Shown here piece by piece: positions 49,976-64,000 of a stretch of 64,000 nt of DNA. The stretch's first letter is position 1. Each line of letters opens with the position of its first letter. The translations under genes and the position numbers were made by a program. Under the pieces are notes generated by a model. It did not search any database and had not been told where the DNA came from. It saw only the letters and a program-made list of their open reading frames with translations. Source of the DNA: Rhizophagus irregularis (taxonomy: Eukaryota); the NCBI RefSeq assembly GCF_026210795.1, contig NC_089432.1:3534001-3598000 (forward strand). Reading direction: 5' to 3'.

Positions 49976-52900
49976 TATTAAAATGGTAAAAAATTATACG
50001 TAAAACTTCTCGAGGGAAAAGTAATTTTTTTAAATCTTGGTCGTGACGAATAATTTAATAGTTCGTCTTTTTTATATTTACAGCTATTTTTTTAGCTAAA
50101 GTTCATCTACCAAATGGGTACGAGCCCGCTCGTTATTTTTAAAGTGGGTCAGTGGTTTATATTATTATATAAAATAAATAGAAATTAAAATATTTTTTCG
50201 TACTTTTTGTACTTTTTTTTGTTTTTAATTTAGAATTTTTTTTTTTTAGGTTTTCTAACAAAAAAAAAACTATATTTTTTTTTACTATAATACAAAGGTG
50301 TTTTTTTTTCGAATGTCGACTAGTTAAACAAATAACTGGTATGAAAAAAAAGTAAAATAGAAGAAAAGGAAAAAAAAAAAATGAAGAAAAGCCGACAAAA
50401 AATGAAAAAAGAGTTTTTTTATTATTTTTCACTACGACTTATCGAAAACAATAGAATAAACGTGACGCCGTATTTTTTGGTTAGGGTAAAAATAAAAAAA
50501 AAAATATTTTTTTTATTTTTTATTTTTTTTCTTTTGTTCTTCCTGTCTCTTGAATAACTAGTCGAATTCGTAAATAACCAAAAAATAAAATTATTTGTTT
50601 TGGTGATTTTTTTTTTCGATTTTATTTTTTATTTATTTAATATAAACTTGTGGTCAAGTTTTTGAGATACAAAATTTTTGGAGGGATATCAATTGGTGTT
50701 GACCTAATGTCTAACAAATGCGTCGAACTAATGATGATGGTTTTGTTAATTGACACAGGGGATGACATATAACCTTGAAAGAAACTGACATAATATTTGC
50801 TTATCACATGTAACGGTTCACATAATACTGTAAATGGTTACTACTATAATATTCATGATAATCGAAGAATGTGTGCATTGTCCGCATATCGGCGGCACAT
50901 AAAAATAATATAGTTTATTTATTTATTGTAGGGTTCGATCATCCAAATATATATTTTAAATCCCAATAAGACCAATAGGATGATGACCTATTAATATCAC
51001 AAGTATGTGACGAAAAGTAAAAAAAAAGTTCATATAGAGAATAATATACAATCAAAATTTGGGCGTATATTTCCAACTTCAGCCTTATGGAAGTCATCTG
51101 ATCATCCCAAAAAAAAAAAAAAATTTTTTTTTTCCAGCAACCTAAACTCAAATATTCAAATATTTTTGAAGAGGATAATATATATTTATTTTTTTTAAAT
51201 AAATAGATAAATAATAGAAACAAGTTTTTCAATAAATAAAATTTAATGCATAACTTGGATAAAAACTGGAAATTGTGAAAAAGAGAGACCTGAAATGTAT
51301 AAGTTCATTATTGACATTTGACATATCTATGATATCTATGACGCCCTTTCGATCACCTTATTATGGAAATCCGTTTATTACATAGCCTAGTTTATATTTA
51401 CTATTTATTATAAATATAGAGATAATTTCTAGTAATCAATTACGATTATAAATTAAATCTTTTTAATTAATTTTAGGTAAACTATATATATAAAACGTAT
51501 ATACTTACTTATTTGGGTTAGATCAACCTGATCACAAAGTTTCGGCTGCAATCACCCTGCATGATAATTATTTTTGTAATATCATCTGATTTGTGTAATA
51601 TAAATTTCTTCTTTCCTGGAGATCATCAAAATTTAAACATTGCATACATACATTACTTTTTTACAACTTAGGGGTCTACTATCCCTAATAAAAAAAATTC
51701 GATTTTTTTTTTAATAATCTTTTTCGACCAGATCTACTACAACAAACAAATTTTCTGCAGGGGTTAAAATTAAATAATTAAAAGTCGAATAAATTAAGTT
51801 ATAAAATAAAAAAAAAAATGATTTTAAAACGATTTAGAATAATATGTAACAATTTTTTTTTTTTTAAAAAAAAAAATTTATTTCACTATTTAATAATTTT
51901 TTATCAGTTTTATTACAATGTAGAACATGTCGATACCGCCAAAAAAATTAATTTGGAAATTACAAATTATAAATTTTGCATAAAATTTTGTAATTATTGC
52001 ATTAATAACAATTTGATTATTAATTTCTGAATTTGGGGATTTATCAGAATCCGCTTACCAATAATCTTGTAAAAAAAAATTAAAGAGAGTACGAGAAATT
52101 TCACAACATTTGATTTTCATTACACGATATTTTAAAAAAATTAAATTATTTGACTGAAAAAAATATATATATATATTTTAACTACGTGCCACTATTAGAC
52201 AACAATTACCATATGATTTTTGTTAAAAAATTGCCATAAAAAAAAAATAATATCAATTTTAAGCAATATTATTGGTCATTAGGTTCATGACTTCATGCAT
52301 TTTTTTTTTTTTGTTAACAGGCATATTACAAATTTTACTGTGTATATTATAAATTATATTATAAATATTTGATCTTCCATATATTTTGAATTTTTTTAGA
52401 ACCTAATCGCATTTTCTTTATTTTTAGTAACGAAAAAATGGAATTTATGTTTTGCCATTAGATCTACTATAATAATCATTTCACGGAAAAATGATTTCAC
52501 AATTACGCACTTGTGCTGTACTGTAAAATTACTTCAACTTTTTTTTAACTAATAATACTTTTTCTTCTAATATTTGATAGTCATCTCATCCGTGAGAAAA
52601 AAACCATGTATTGGACTGAATCATATGTCGTACACTTGTCGTACACACCATGATCATAATAACGGCGATCCTTTTTCCTTTTTTTTTATTTTTCTTCTTT
52701 TACTCAAATTTTGTTTCACAGAAAATCAACAAATATTAATCTGTGCCTTTAATTCGTCATGATACTGTTCTGGAAGCGCCGGTCTACTTGTTCGAAAAAA
52801 TAAAATGATACAGCTGTCACCAGTAAAATTGAACCATTAGTATTAACCCTACCAAAAAAATCCATTAGTAAATAAATCTACCAAAAAATTTTGGTAGATC

Positions 52901-53906
52901 CAAAAAACCATAGGTAATAAAACTTATCAAAAAAACTGACAAAAATAAGCCTATCTCAGAATCCATCTAAATGAATACCAATCATTAAACCTTTTTATCA
53001 TCTACATAAATAAAGCTGAAATAACAGGTCAACTGTCCAATTATGAATTGTAGTTAAATAGAATTTCCAAATTCGAATACAAATCGATACAAGCAATTTC
53101 GAACTCCCTAATTACTTCGAGTATCATCTCAAGTTTATTTGATGAAAATTATAAATATAAGAAATCATGTGCCTTTATCAACGAATAAAAATTGTCCTCA
53201 TCTACTATCACTGCTTCAATCATTCTGTTAAATAATCTTAATGTAAGAGATGTCATAGTATCATTCGAAAATATGCAAACGTAATAATACAGTGTTAAAT
53301 TCTTAAAAGATGATCAGGAGAAATATCAAACACCAACTATTACAATATATATTCATTATTGGGAAACAATATCTATACCTTCTTAGTAATCAAATATTAA
53401 GAAATTTCACTTATCATGCTTTATCCTTCCTCATGACTTTTACACCTTTTTAGTAATAAAATATCAAAAGAAATTTCGTACCTTACAACTCCTAACTCCT
53501 AATGATAATAGATATCAAATAATAAGCGTTACGCGTTTCTAATTTCAGACAATAGCATATTTACTGTAATTAATTTATAATGCTTAACAGTCATTAATAT
53601 CATCACTTTGTTTTTATGTTTCTAATTATTTGTTTTATTAGCTTTATTAGCAAAAATTATAAATATTAAAGATGTGATAATTAATTTGAACAAATCAGTA
53701 TAATAATAATCAGATGACAATACAGTATATTGTACAACTGACTTCTATAATCAAAAAGCATCATCTTTAATCAAAAACGATATATTTGCTAAGCAATTGA
53801 TTATTGTTTGATATCATGTGATTATTACCAAATCTGTGCGACAATCGTTCTTATAAATATCATTGTTTCAAAGAAATCAAGAAATCTCTCTTAAAATATA
53901 TAAATT

Positions 53907-55222
53907 ATGGCAGATGGTAAGATTATAATATAGAAATTTACCAGTTTTCCCATTTAATAAAGTCTATAGCAATAAAAATTACCAGCTTTGTGCATTCTTC
54001 TCCATATAGATTATTGGCGATATCAACAACTCCATTAAAATATTGTATAAAGCTTTATCATATCTAATTTCCTATAAAAACTAATGTAATTTCAGACTCA
54101 GGAATTCGTTATTTTCCTTGTCGCGTCACGCGTTCCCAGTCTCGACAATCTAGTCAACAGTCTAATCAACTTATCTCTCAACCTAGTGACTCTAGTCAAC
54201 CTTCTTCCCAGTCTAGTCAACTTTTTTCCCTGTCTAGCCAACTTACTCTCCAGCCTACACGAGAGAAAAGGCTTCACTTATCCTCCGCAGCTATTAATTC
54301 AGCAGGAGAAAAATTGCTCTCATTCCAAAAAGCACGAGAAGTAGGGAAAGAAGTGAAGGAAGAGGAAGAGGAAGGATATACAGGATCGAGGGAAATAGTT
54401 ATAAAAGAAAATGTGTCTCTTGAAAAATATCTCCAATATCGTGAAAATAATGCAATTCCTTCAGTTCGCATGTATCTACATAACGGGAATATCATAATTT
54501 ATGAAGTACCTTCCTTTGTTCATGGAGTAACAGCAGGACGTATTTTGGTATTGATGGGTGGATGGAATAATTGGGATTTCGCGTATGGTACTGAAGCAAC
54601 CATGATTTTGGGTCCAAACACTGCAAAGGAATCTGATTTTTGGGTTCGACCAAGACATCTTCCTGACCCACCAATTGGATCAGGTCTGGGTGCAGATAGA
54701 AATGATAAGGCATATCCAACAATGATGATTGAGGTTGGTTTTTCTCAGAGTCTTCTAGACCTTCATCGAAAAACCGTTCTCTACTTTAGTCCACGAACCA
54801 CAATCCAGATTGTGTTAGCCATCAAGATATTTGGAGTTCGCACAGACCCTAATACGAACACTAGTACTATTGCACTAATTGCTGCGTTATATCTTCGTAC
54901 AAGCGCAACTCCGCTGATTCCAACTAGTGTCATTTCTTTTGGGACGGCAGATCCTGATGCAAATACCGTAAACTGTATTATTAATCAAATGGGTGTTCCT
55001 CCTGGTAGTTTTACTGGTGTTGGGCGTCCTGATCCTAATAACAACAATAATAACTTTCCTCCTTGTAATGCGCCCAATCTTCCAGATTATCAAATGAATA
55101 TTCCTGGACCGGAATTATATAATGGGGTTCCAGTACATAGACTTCCCCCAGGGTTTGCTGCTGGATTTAATCTGGATCTTTGGGACATTCGAAATGAAAT
55201 AGAAGTTGAACTTCGCATATAA
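53907..55222 (+). CDS. Uma2/PD-(D/E)XK restriction-endonuclease-like protein; exons 53907-53916 and 54096-55222
   Basis: ATGGCAGATG|gtaaga...ttcag|AC joins in frame. An S/Q-rich N-terminus is followed by IIIYEVPSFVHG, KESDFWVRP and YPTMMIEVGFSQSLLDL, typical of Uma2-like/CRN C-terminal REase folds. Confidence 0.72.
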
Positions 55223-57686
55223 TTTTATAGGTGTGTACTTGGTTTGCTGAAGAAGCATAATAAAAAAAACCTATTGCATTTAATTTGTAAGAATGATGTA
55301 TTTTTTTGAAATCAACTTAATCATCATCATTCATAGAATATTTTCTAGTAATTTTTTAGCTAACATTCATTTTAATAAAAATGATTATCTGTAACTTTCA
55401 CTTCAGAAAAATTTGATGCATACTAAAGTTATACAAATCCAATCCCTACTCTCTTCCTTAAATAATATTCTTGATCACGTCTCTTACCTTTGGTAAAGCT
55501 AGTTCAGAGGATGCGAAACCCGTGACAAAATGTCATCAATTAGCTGAGGTCAAAGATGGCATCATCACCTAAAGAACGTTTGATTTCCATATATACTTAG
55601 GAGGGTTTCATTTAGGGAAAATATAGTGGTACGGCTACTCTCAATTATTTGTTGAGACCTTATTTTGATTCCATTTTTTTCGAGAGGATAGCACAATAAC
55701 ATCACTCTGATTAACGTTACAAAAATATATGTGTTCAGAATATTCGTGCTTTGCAATGCGACACATTAATTTGCCCAATAGTAGCAACTGCATTTTTCGA
55801 ATTGTGCATCGGCATATTGATGATGTGATGGAGATGATAGCGGAAAGAAAGAAATCGGAGAGCTTTCTGAGGATACAATTAATAATGCATATTGTAGATA
55901 AATGTGCTAAAAGCATTCGAGTAATCCAAGAATGCAGAAACGAGCAAGCAATCAAATACATTAACGAAGTTCTTATAGACTAGAGAAAATGTACTACGAA
56001 TTTCTTGAAATTTTTGTATAGTTTATGGCTACTGTCATCGATATTAGGTCTGACAACGAGATCATCGCGTAATATACTACGCAGAATTCTTTGAAATCTG
56101 GAACTAATAATCAATCTTAAAGTCACCATTGTCGTTTCAATAAAAAATATGTTTGATTAAATGATAACCTCTCATACTCATCAAATGGGTTCAAGATACT
56201 GATCGCTCGACACTTTACCATCTACCATTTTAATCTTAGTTTGTAATAGTATACGAAATCAGATTTAATTTGTATATCAATTGTGTTTATTCGTAACATA
56301 AAAATACGATATTTTTTACTTACCGGCTGGTTTGTAACTGTCTTAAGCTAATTATGATAGTCTCGAGTATTTCGAATTAATACTTGTCGCTATTTTCTTC
56401 CTTAATCGACAACACGCCCTCTGTTTTCGTTTATATATCTGTTTGTCCTCTGTTTTTCCTGATTTCGGTTACTAATAATCATGTTTTCGATTACTAAAAA
56501 ATACGTCTGCTTGTCTTCTATCATTGATTACTGTTATCTATTGCTTATGTCCTCTGTTTCAATTACCACATAAAACTATATCTAAGGAATACGGTTATCG
56601 AAATAATTCACGTCTGTTAATTTTTTTTAATCAAATGCATGTCATCTGTTACGATCACTTAATAACTCCTCTTAAATAGCTCACACAAGCTATCATATAC
56701 TGAAATTCAAAGTAACCATAGTACGTCCATCTGTACGAGATAGGTCATATCTGGTCATATACAATATCGACACTAGTTCAAGGATCTGACAACGTTATTT
56801 CATTTCCTGTGAAACTGAGATCTCAAAAAAAGGCGTAAAGTTGGATAATTGCCACCATATATATAAACTGTCCTATGGCACTTGATTGCATTTTACAATA
56901 TCGTCTACTCCTTTCCTTTCAACAATGTTTGTTCGAGTTGTAACTAGTACGCTATATAACGCTTCCGAGGGAGAATATTTCAAACTAGGTATACCAACTG
57001 TGAGGAATTGGCATAATATTATATTTTTGTGCGTTCCATATCGTTCATATATCTGTTGTTTGAATTAGCTACAAAATTTTGTTAGCATTTATCTACTTCG
57101 CCACAATATGAGATTGTGCAACAAGTGCCAAAACATCACTTTCCAGTGGTTTTCACTTTTTCATTACAATTGGTTAATACTGATGCAATTGACTATATAC
57201 TGTATATACAATGTATATATCAAAAGATGCAATCATATTGCATATACTATATAGCAATATTCTTTTAAAAAATATAATAGTAAGGGCTGCAACCTATTAC
57301 TATTTATTGATTTTTCTTTTTTGGAAAATAAAAGGAAATGATTGATATACTATAATACATATTTGTATACTGTATTATAGTAATATACAAAAGTTTAGTA
57401 ATAATTCATTGATTAATAATAATCTCATTAATCTCATTATGTTATGTAAAAAAATAAACAATTGTACTATTTGATTACATAATTCTAAAATAAATAATAT
57501 ATAATTAATAATATTTATCATAATTATAAAAAATGATACTTTACTGTAGTAAAGAATTAGATAAATCATATGTCATAACTAGTTAAGTTAAATAAGTTAT
57601 ATAAAGATATTATGGACATAATTTAAAAATAAATTAAATTTGCACAATTGAGAATTTGGTATTATATATTATTGTATAATTCAGTT

Positions 57687-59121
57687 ATGTTTATTTTCAA
57701 GTCCTTTAAACACTTGTCTACCAGTAGTGGTTGTATTTCAAATATACTGAATAACAGTTATTTTACTCATTATAATACAAAAGTAGATTTCTTTTTTAAC
57801 CGAAAGCAAGAACTTATCAAATTCGGAAATGTATTCAATGGTGAACCTTAACTTCATATTGTTTTAAGGCCTCCTAGTACTGGAAAAACCACCTTGATTC
57901 GTCAAATAGTGACTAAAAATAAAAACTTCTTTCCTCTTTTTATTGATGGCCGTGCAGGACAATTTGATACACCAGCAAATGTATATAATTCAATTAAATC
58001 AGAATTCAAATCATTTATTACAGCTCATAGGGATTTTTTGGAAAGGATTTTAGGAAGTAAATTTAAAATGAGTTATAGTCATTTAGAAACAGAATTTAAT
58101 TTTAGTAATACCAAAGAAATTTCCTCTATTAATGTCAGAAGTTTACTTAATGATATTAAGAATTGTCTTCAACAATAGACTATTTGGAATAGTTACAATA
58201 TACCTTTACCTATTTTAATAATTGATGAAGCAAACATGTTTGACCAACTTGGAAATTCTGATCCAACTCTTCTCAAATCATTTCTAAACTGGATGGTATT
58301 AAATACAATTATACAAAACAAGAAAATCGCTTTAATATAGTGCTTACCTCTTCTGATTCATTTTTTTTGAACTGGATTGTAAATCGTAAGTCCATCTTGT
58401 AATCATTTTTGGTAGTAATATAAAGGTCTGTTATCAATACAATAAACTATGTCTGTTTTAATAGAATTAAATGTCCCACATGTAACCCCATATATTGTTG
58501 GAGATTTGAGCAAAGAAGAAGCAAAAGAATATTTTGAAAAGCATGTTCTTCCTTACTATGGTATGCCTTTACTGAACCCATCTATTTATATATACTGAGA
58601 GCTTACATGATGGGTATTTTTTATTTAAAAAGAATGCAAAGAACTCGAAGGCAAATTTGATCACATGATAAAGAGTACAAAATTAATAAAGGAAAGCTTA
58701 AAGGTATTTATTTCCTTTAGAAGATATGCATTTCTATTGACTTAAATTTGATGTCATAAATAATTATTTTACAGATAGTGAATTTTCGGTTTTCAGGTTA
58801 GAAGATGATAATTTATCATTTGGTCTTAATCCTGTTAGATTTCAGGGTAAGCCTGCTCCACTCTGGAATAAGGACGATTTTATCAAAGTTATGAAAGCTA
58901 TTGTTGAGGCGGAGGATCGAGGTTATATCAAAGAAATGGATTTAGTTAATGAAATTGGTGTTGAAAAAGTTAGATCACTTATTACTTATGATCTTTTACA
59001 CCGTCGACCAACCAATAATTATGCTAATGACATCATTGATCCACCAAATGAAGCAATCTTGACTGCGATGAACAAGCCGTCAATACGCGCAATGGAATGT
59101 CGTCTATATGACATTGATTGA
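57687..59121 (+). pseudogene. P-loop ATPase (ATPase_2/AAA-like) pseudogene, multi-exon
   Basis: FFFNRKQEL, Walker A IVLRPPSTGKTT (G>R), Walker B ILIIDEAN, YIVGDLSKEEAKEYF, winged-helix-like C-terminus; in-frame stops near 57850 and 58177 plus frameshifts. Confidence 0.75.
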
Positions 59122-62100
59122 TCACTTTGCTAAAAAATCAACCGAATAAAAGATTATTATTATGAATACATTTAATACATTTATAAAATATACATTGTTT
59201 TAAATTTCGAAACAAAGTTCATCATTTCTTTATTATATTTTTTATAAAGAAACATATAATAAAGAAGCCAGTCGGCTAAGTTAAGGGAGAATTTGCCGAG
59301 CCTATGATGGCAGCTCCTTCCCCGCTATTATTATCTAAGTTATTATCTAAATTACTACTCAATTCTTTACTATCTACCATCTCGTAATTAACATTACTAT
59401 TCTAAACTTTGGATCCCCTACATCATAATAAAAGTTTTCCCAGTTTCTTTTCCCCGGTAAGTTCACGAATTTCACATCTCACAGCATAGTATCCCAATCT
59501 TCCTTATTCGAGTCAAAAACTCGCTTAAACGGTTCCTATTTTTCTTCAAAGAGATGACCGCATGCCGATAATATCAAATAATATATGTATGTCGATCATT
59601 TTGTCGTAGCTTTTTAAAAAACGTTTTTTATAAACTTATAATCTTCAATCATTCAATATGCACAATAATAGCTAGTTATTGAACGATATATTAAATACAA
59701 AAACAAATTGTTTGGTTTACAACGTACAAATTATTCTTATATTTGTAGTACTACTATGATTTTTCTAAAATAATAATGATAAATCTTTTTTAATCAAATT
59801 TACTGAAAAAATGACGGCAGGCTTTGCTAATACTCAATCTATTTCCGAAATCTTCAGGATGTACCTGAATATGATGGTGATTTCACTTTTTACAAATCGA
59901 AATTCCTAATCCAGTTTTTTCATCAGAAAGTAAAATAATCAGCCTGTGCAGTAACTGATAGTATTGACGAGAACATAACGGTCGGGGATGCAAACAAACT
60001 ACTGATGATGTCATTATGTAGCCTCTGTCGAACATTAGGACCTAGATTGCAGCGTCGAAGTTGTCAAAGAAATAAAAACTTACAATATTCAAATAATTGG
60101 GGACCGTCTTACACTTTTTTCCGTCTCTCTCTTAGACAAAAAGAAGTTTCTTGCCGTTGAATTTGTTTCATGCTTAATTCCATTTTCATTCGATGCAATT
60201 TATTATTATACAAAAATTTTCAATTTCTTTTATGACAATTCGAACTGAATTTACAAATCAGGAGAGATTACTGCAAAAAATGTATTCTTCGGCTAGGGAA
60301 AAGGTATGGTTGCTATTACCTGATGATTACTATTTTTACAATCTAAAACTTGTACCAGAGGATATAGACTAAGTTGTTATGATATGATTATACAATTTGC
60401 ATCTATAAACAACAATAGTAATAGTAAAAATAATTGCTTTGGGTTGAATCTCTCCAGAATTAAATGATTCATCATTATGCTATTGCCTGAAGAATTCAGC
60501 CAGTCGAAACTGAACACACTTAAAGTTTCGAGCGAACTGTTTTGTGATTTGTGAAACGTTTCGGAACTGGCGAAATTTCCGAAACTTAATTAAAATTGTC
60601 ACGTGTAGCTCTTGATCAGCGATAATCTATGGTTTCTTTAAATAAGGGAATCAGTCCTTATTGTAAAAGAAACTTAAGTTTGATATATTAATGAAATATA
60701 CCAATGCTTAATGAATTGAGTGCTCTTCATTAATCTTTATTTATTGCATATTTAGGACAAGATTGTTGCTAAAGAAAAAAATGGTTTGTTTTAATTGGAA
60801 TGCTTATAAAATTCTTTTTCATAAAATATTAAAGAATTATTATAGTTTTCAAACAGATACAGAAGATGAATACATTAAAGCGGTTAATGCAAACGTAAAA
60901 TGCGCATTGTAAGTAGGTTATTTTACTTAGTTTACAATTTTAAATTCCTTATATTAATTTTACCTATACTTTCGTCGATTGGTGGGGAATTTTTGATCTA
61001 AGAGAGAAGGTTTAAATCCATTTCCTGACCTTCCTCGTGCCAAATGATATTTTTCAGCGGAGAAAATCGGTCATCTGAATACTCTGACAAGAAATGTTAT
61101 TAGTGAGGAAAAAAAAAGAAATTGGCAAATCAGCTAATTCTTTATTAAAAGCATTATCATTATCAAAAATTGAAAGCCTCAATGTACTTGCCAAAGAAAA
61201 CGGTGCACGTGGAATATCTTGGTTGTGTATGTAGATGGAGAAAGTACTTAGTGATGTAAGTTGATTTTTATATTGTATTATTCTTGCATATAAATCTATT
61301 TTAAATTTATTTGCTCAACTTTGCAACAGAATGAACAGAATGACGATCAAGAAGAATTTCTTGAAATTGTAAACAATATAAATGATGATGATGATGATGA
61401 TACGATGTATATTGAGGGATGTTTAGTAGACGCGTACTAAGACTTTTTTTATATGATTGTTTTTATTATTTTTCATATTCATTATAAACTTATATATGGG
61501 CATTGCAAATAGTAATATTTGGATTCATATATTCAATGGAAATCGTTACTCTGAAAGGACTTTGGATATGTTTTTAATTGGACCGTATGTAAAAACTCCA
61601 CAAAACCTCCTTATAAAGTAAGAATTCGGTCCGACTTACTTTTTGATCATTTCAGTATATTACTAAGCATCATAGATTTGAGTTTGTAGAATGATGATGA
61701 AATTTTCATGATCGTTTCCATTTCTTGCGACCCAAGTTGTAGGCCGTGCAGGAGATTCTAGCATGAATTGTTTTGTGAGTGGAGGCGTGTTTAATGGGAA
61801 TAAAATGTCGTGGCGGAACAGAAATTTACGTGGATTATGGTAATTAATTGGAATGTGACATCAGATCAATCAATAGTAGAAGGTGTAGAGGTGTAGGCAG
61901 AAATTAGGGGTATGATATAATTATTTTATGTTTGTAAAAGGTACTAAAAAAATCAAGAGACGTTTCAGAGAGTTTAATGTATCATAGGCATTGATTATAT
62001 AATTGGGTTAATTATTACTTTTCGGTCACGTAGAATATTTTTGGGAAAATGTTCAAATCTATGTAAACGTCACTTCCTAGGACGAGACCGCTAATGGTAA

Positions 62101-62589
62101 TATTCTAATCAAGAACATGATGTGTCATTGGATCATATAAATATGATGACCGGGGGGTTACTATGTCAAAAAGATCGTAAAGCAATCTTGATCCTACTGT
62201 AATTAAAAGTACAATCAAATTATAGTGCATGATATATTTGTTGTAGATGCTATGAAAAAGAAGGACATTTGTATTAAGACCTGAGACAAGGTAATAAAGC
62301 AATTAGTTGTCATACATGCTAGAAAGACAACACCACGACACGTTTATGTGAAAGATCATTATTATTATCAACTTGTATATCATCCGAATTTCCATCAAGT
62401 AGTAAAAGTAGTAAAAATAGTAACGGAAATATTCGACAAGATTTTCAAAATAATACTCTAGTCCAAGACGCAATTACCCCGGGAGATAATACTGAAATGA
62501 TACACAATTACAAATAAAATTTTAAATTAATTTCATTCCACCAGTTTTGTAAATTCTTGATCTTGATTTTAAAACAACTACTTCATCAC

Positions 62590-62660
62590 CTCATAAACTA
62601 AACTAAACATTGCATCAATATTATCTTTTTCTGCTGCTTTTTGATACCAATTAAAGAATC
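62590..62660 (-). pseudogene. Isolated Sel1-repeat fragment
   Basis: Minus strand reads FNWYQKAAEKDNIDAMFSL. Confidence 0.4.
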
Positions 62661-64000
62661 CCAAAACTTATATATATATCAAATGCCCAGCATCACAAAA
62701 AACATTTTTTTTTTCATTAAACCACCAAATTTATTTATAATTAATACAATTTCAAATTATATAAGATAAATGATTTCAAAATAGGTTTAATATTTAAAAG
62801 AATACTTATAATAGGCATTGATTTAGCTAAATGCTTAAAAAAAAATATTAAGAACTTATTAATAAAAAACAAGTATTAGAATCACCTAGTTTTTTTATTA
62901 AAAGAATAATAATACTAAAATATAAAAGAAAAAAGACAAATAAAAGAAAAATAAAATGAATAATTAAATTAAAATAAAAAATCATATTTTTCATATTTTT
63001 TACTATATTAAATGTATTAATTTCTATTTTGTAATTTTCCTTTTTTTTTTTTGTTGCAGCATATTTAAATCTTTATTAGAATAAATGAGTTTATAATACA
63101 TCATACAAGTGAAAATAAATTATATAAACTAATTTATTAAAACTTAAACCACTCATCATCCTAAATGTGTACACTGTCAGGTGGAATTTGGGCTATAAGA
63201 GTACTTTCTGCGCTTACATATGCATATATAGTAATTTTCTAAAATATAATATAAATAAATTAAATAATAATTAATAATTAAATATTATACAAATTACATA
63301 CTATATATTAATTATTAAAGTTTGAGACCTTTAACAATTTTATTTTTCAAATTAAATTTATGGTATTCAAAATAATTTAATATCAGATTGAAGTAATAAA
63401 ACTTAAATTATTGCAGTATATTAGTTTTTACTAAAAAAAATATGATTTAAAAATTATTGTACTTTATATTAAAATTTATTTTAATTAAAAATTCCAAAAT
63501 TAATCTAAAGTTACTGTTAAACTGATTAAAAGTACTAGTAATGCTAATAATTAAATCAATGGAATTGATTTATCAACTTCCATTAATCATATTAACTTAA
63601 TCCCATTGATCTTATTGACCCTATCAAATCTATCAATTTCAAGTCAAACTAAATCAAACTATGACTTAAAAACCTTTAAATTAAACCAAACTAAACCCTA
63701 TTTATAGTCTGATTTGGTCTGATTCATCAATTTAACTTGGACTTAATAATGGACTTATTCATTCATTAAATTGGAATTTTATTATAATTTATATAGTAAT
63801 TAATTAATACTTTTTAATCGGAAAGTAATTTATTTTATATAGTTTATACTATTTTATATATAACTAATTTACTTTGTATTTATCTTAAATAAATGTAAAT
63901 ATATGCTTTAAAATTTTATTATAAATAAACAAAATTGCATTATTAAAAAAAAATCTGGAACTTTACTTTTCTAATAATATTTAATAATTTGTTTTTTTAA

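Noticed and set aside
50157..52762. Short F/K/I-rich ORFs upstream of the kinesin
   Set aside because: Artefacts of poly-A/T intergenic sequence.
55400..57200. Coding-like remnants (possible transposase or F-box pieces)
   Set aside because: Too degraded to assign by eye.
60480..61440. Possible DNA transposon end plus a spliced gene remnant
   Set aside because: No matching second TIR or TSD and no diagnostic motif found.

Overview
AT-rich, intron-containing eukaryotic DNA. The gene families (TKL kinase-Sel1, BTB-TLDc, Uma2/CRN-like nucleases) and the short GT-AG introns point to an arbuscular mycorrhizal fungus (Glomeromycota, Rhizophagus-like); this is an inference. Positions 1-31 kb and 55-64 kb are mostly a transposon and pseudogene graveyard: hAT, Tc1 and pogo-type elements and MITEs with readable TIRs and TSDs, a LINE 3' fragment nested in a MITE, putative Helitron ends around two OB-fold pseudogenes, and a quadruplicated coding segment. 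Genes that look intact are a small multi-exon bZIP-like gene (1.8-2.7 kb), a kinesin-4-like gene (41.3-50.0 kb), a Uma2/PD-(D/E)XK-like gene (53.9-55.2 kb) and a tandem pair at 31.3-39.9 kb. That pair is the most interesting feature. A ubiquitin-like/MACPF-like putative pore-former lies directly upstream of a spliced gene with the architecture TKL kinase - two MACPF-like domains - shared C-terminal domain - TKL kinase - Sel1 repeats, suggesting a possible kinase-controlled pore-forming defence or cell-death module. All domain calls come from motif recognition by eye, not database searches.
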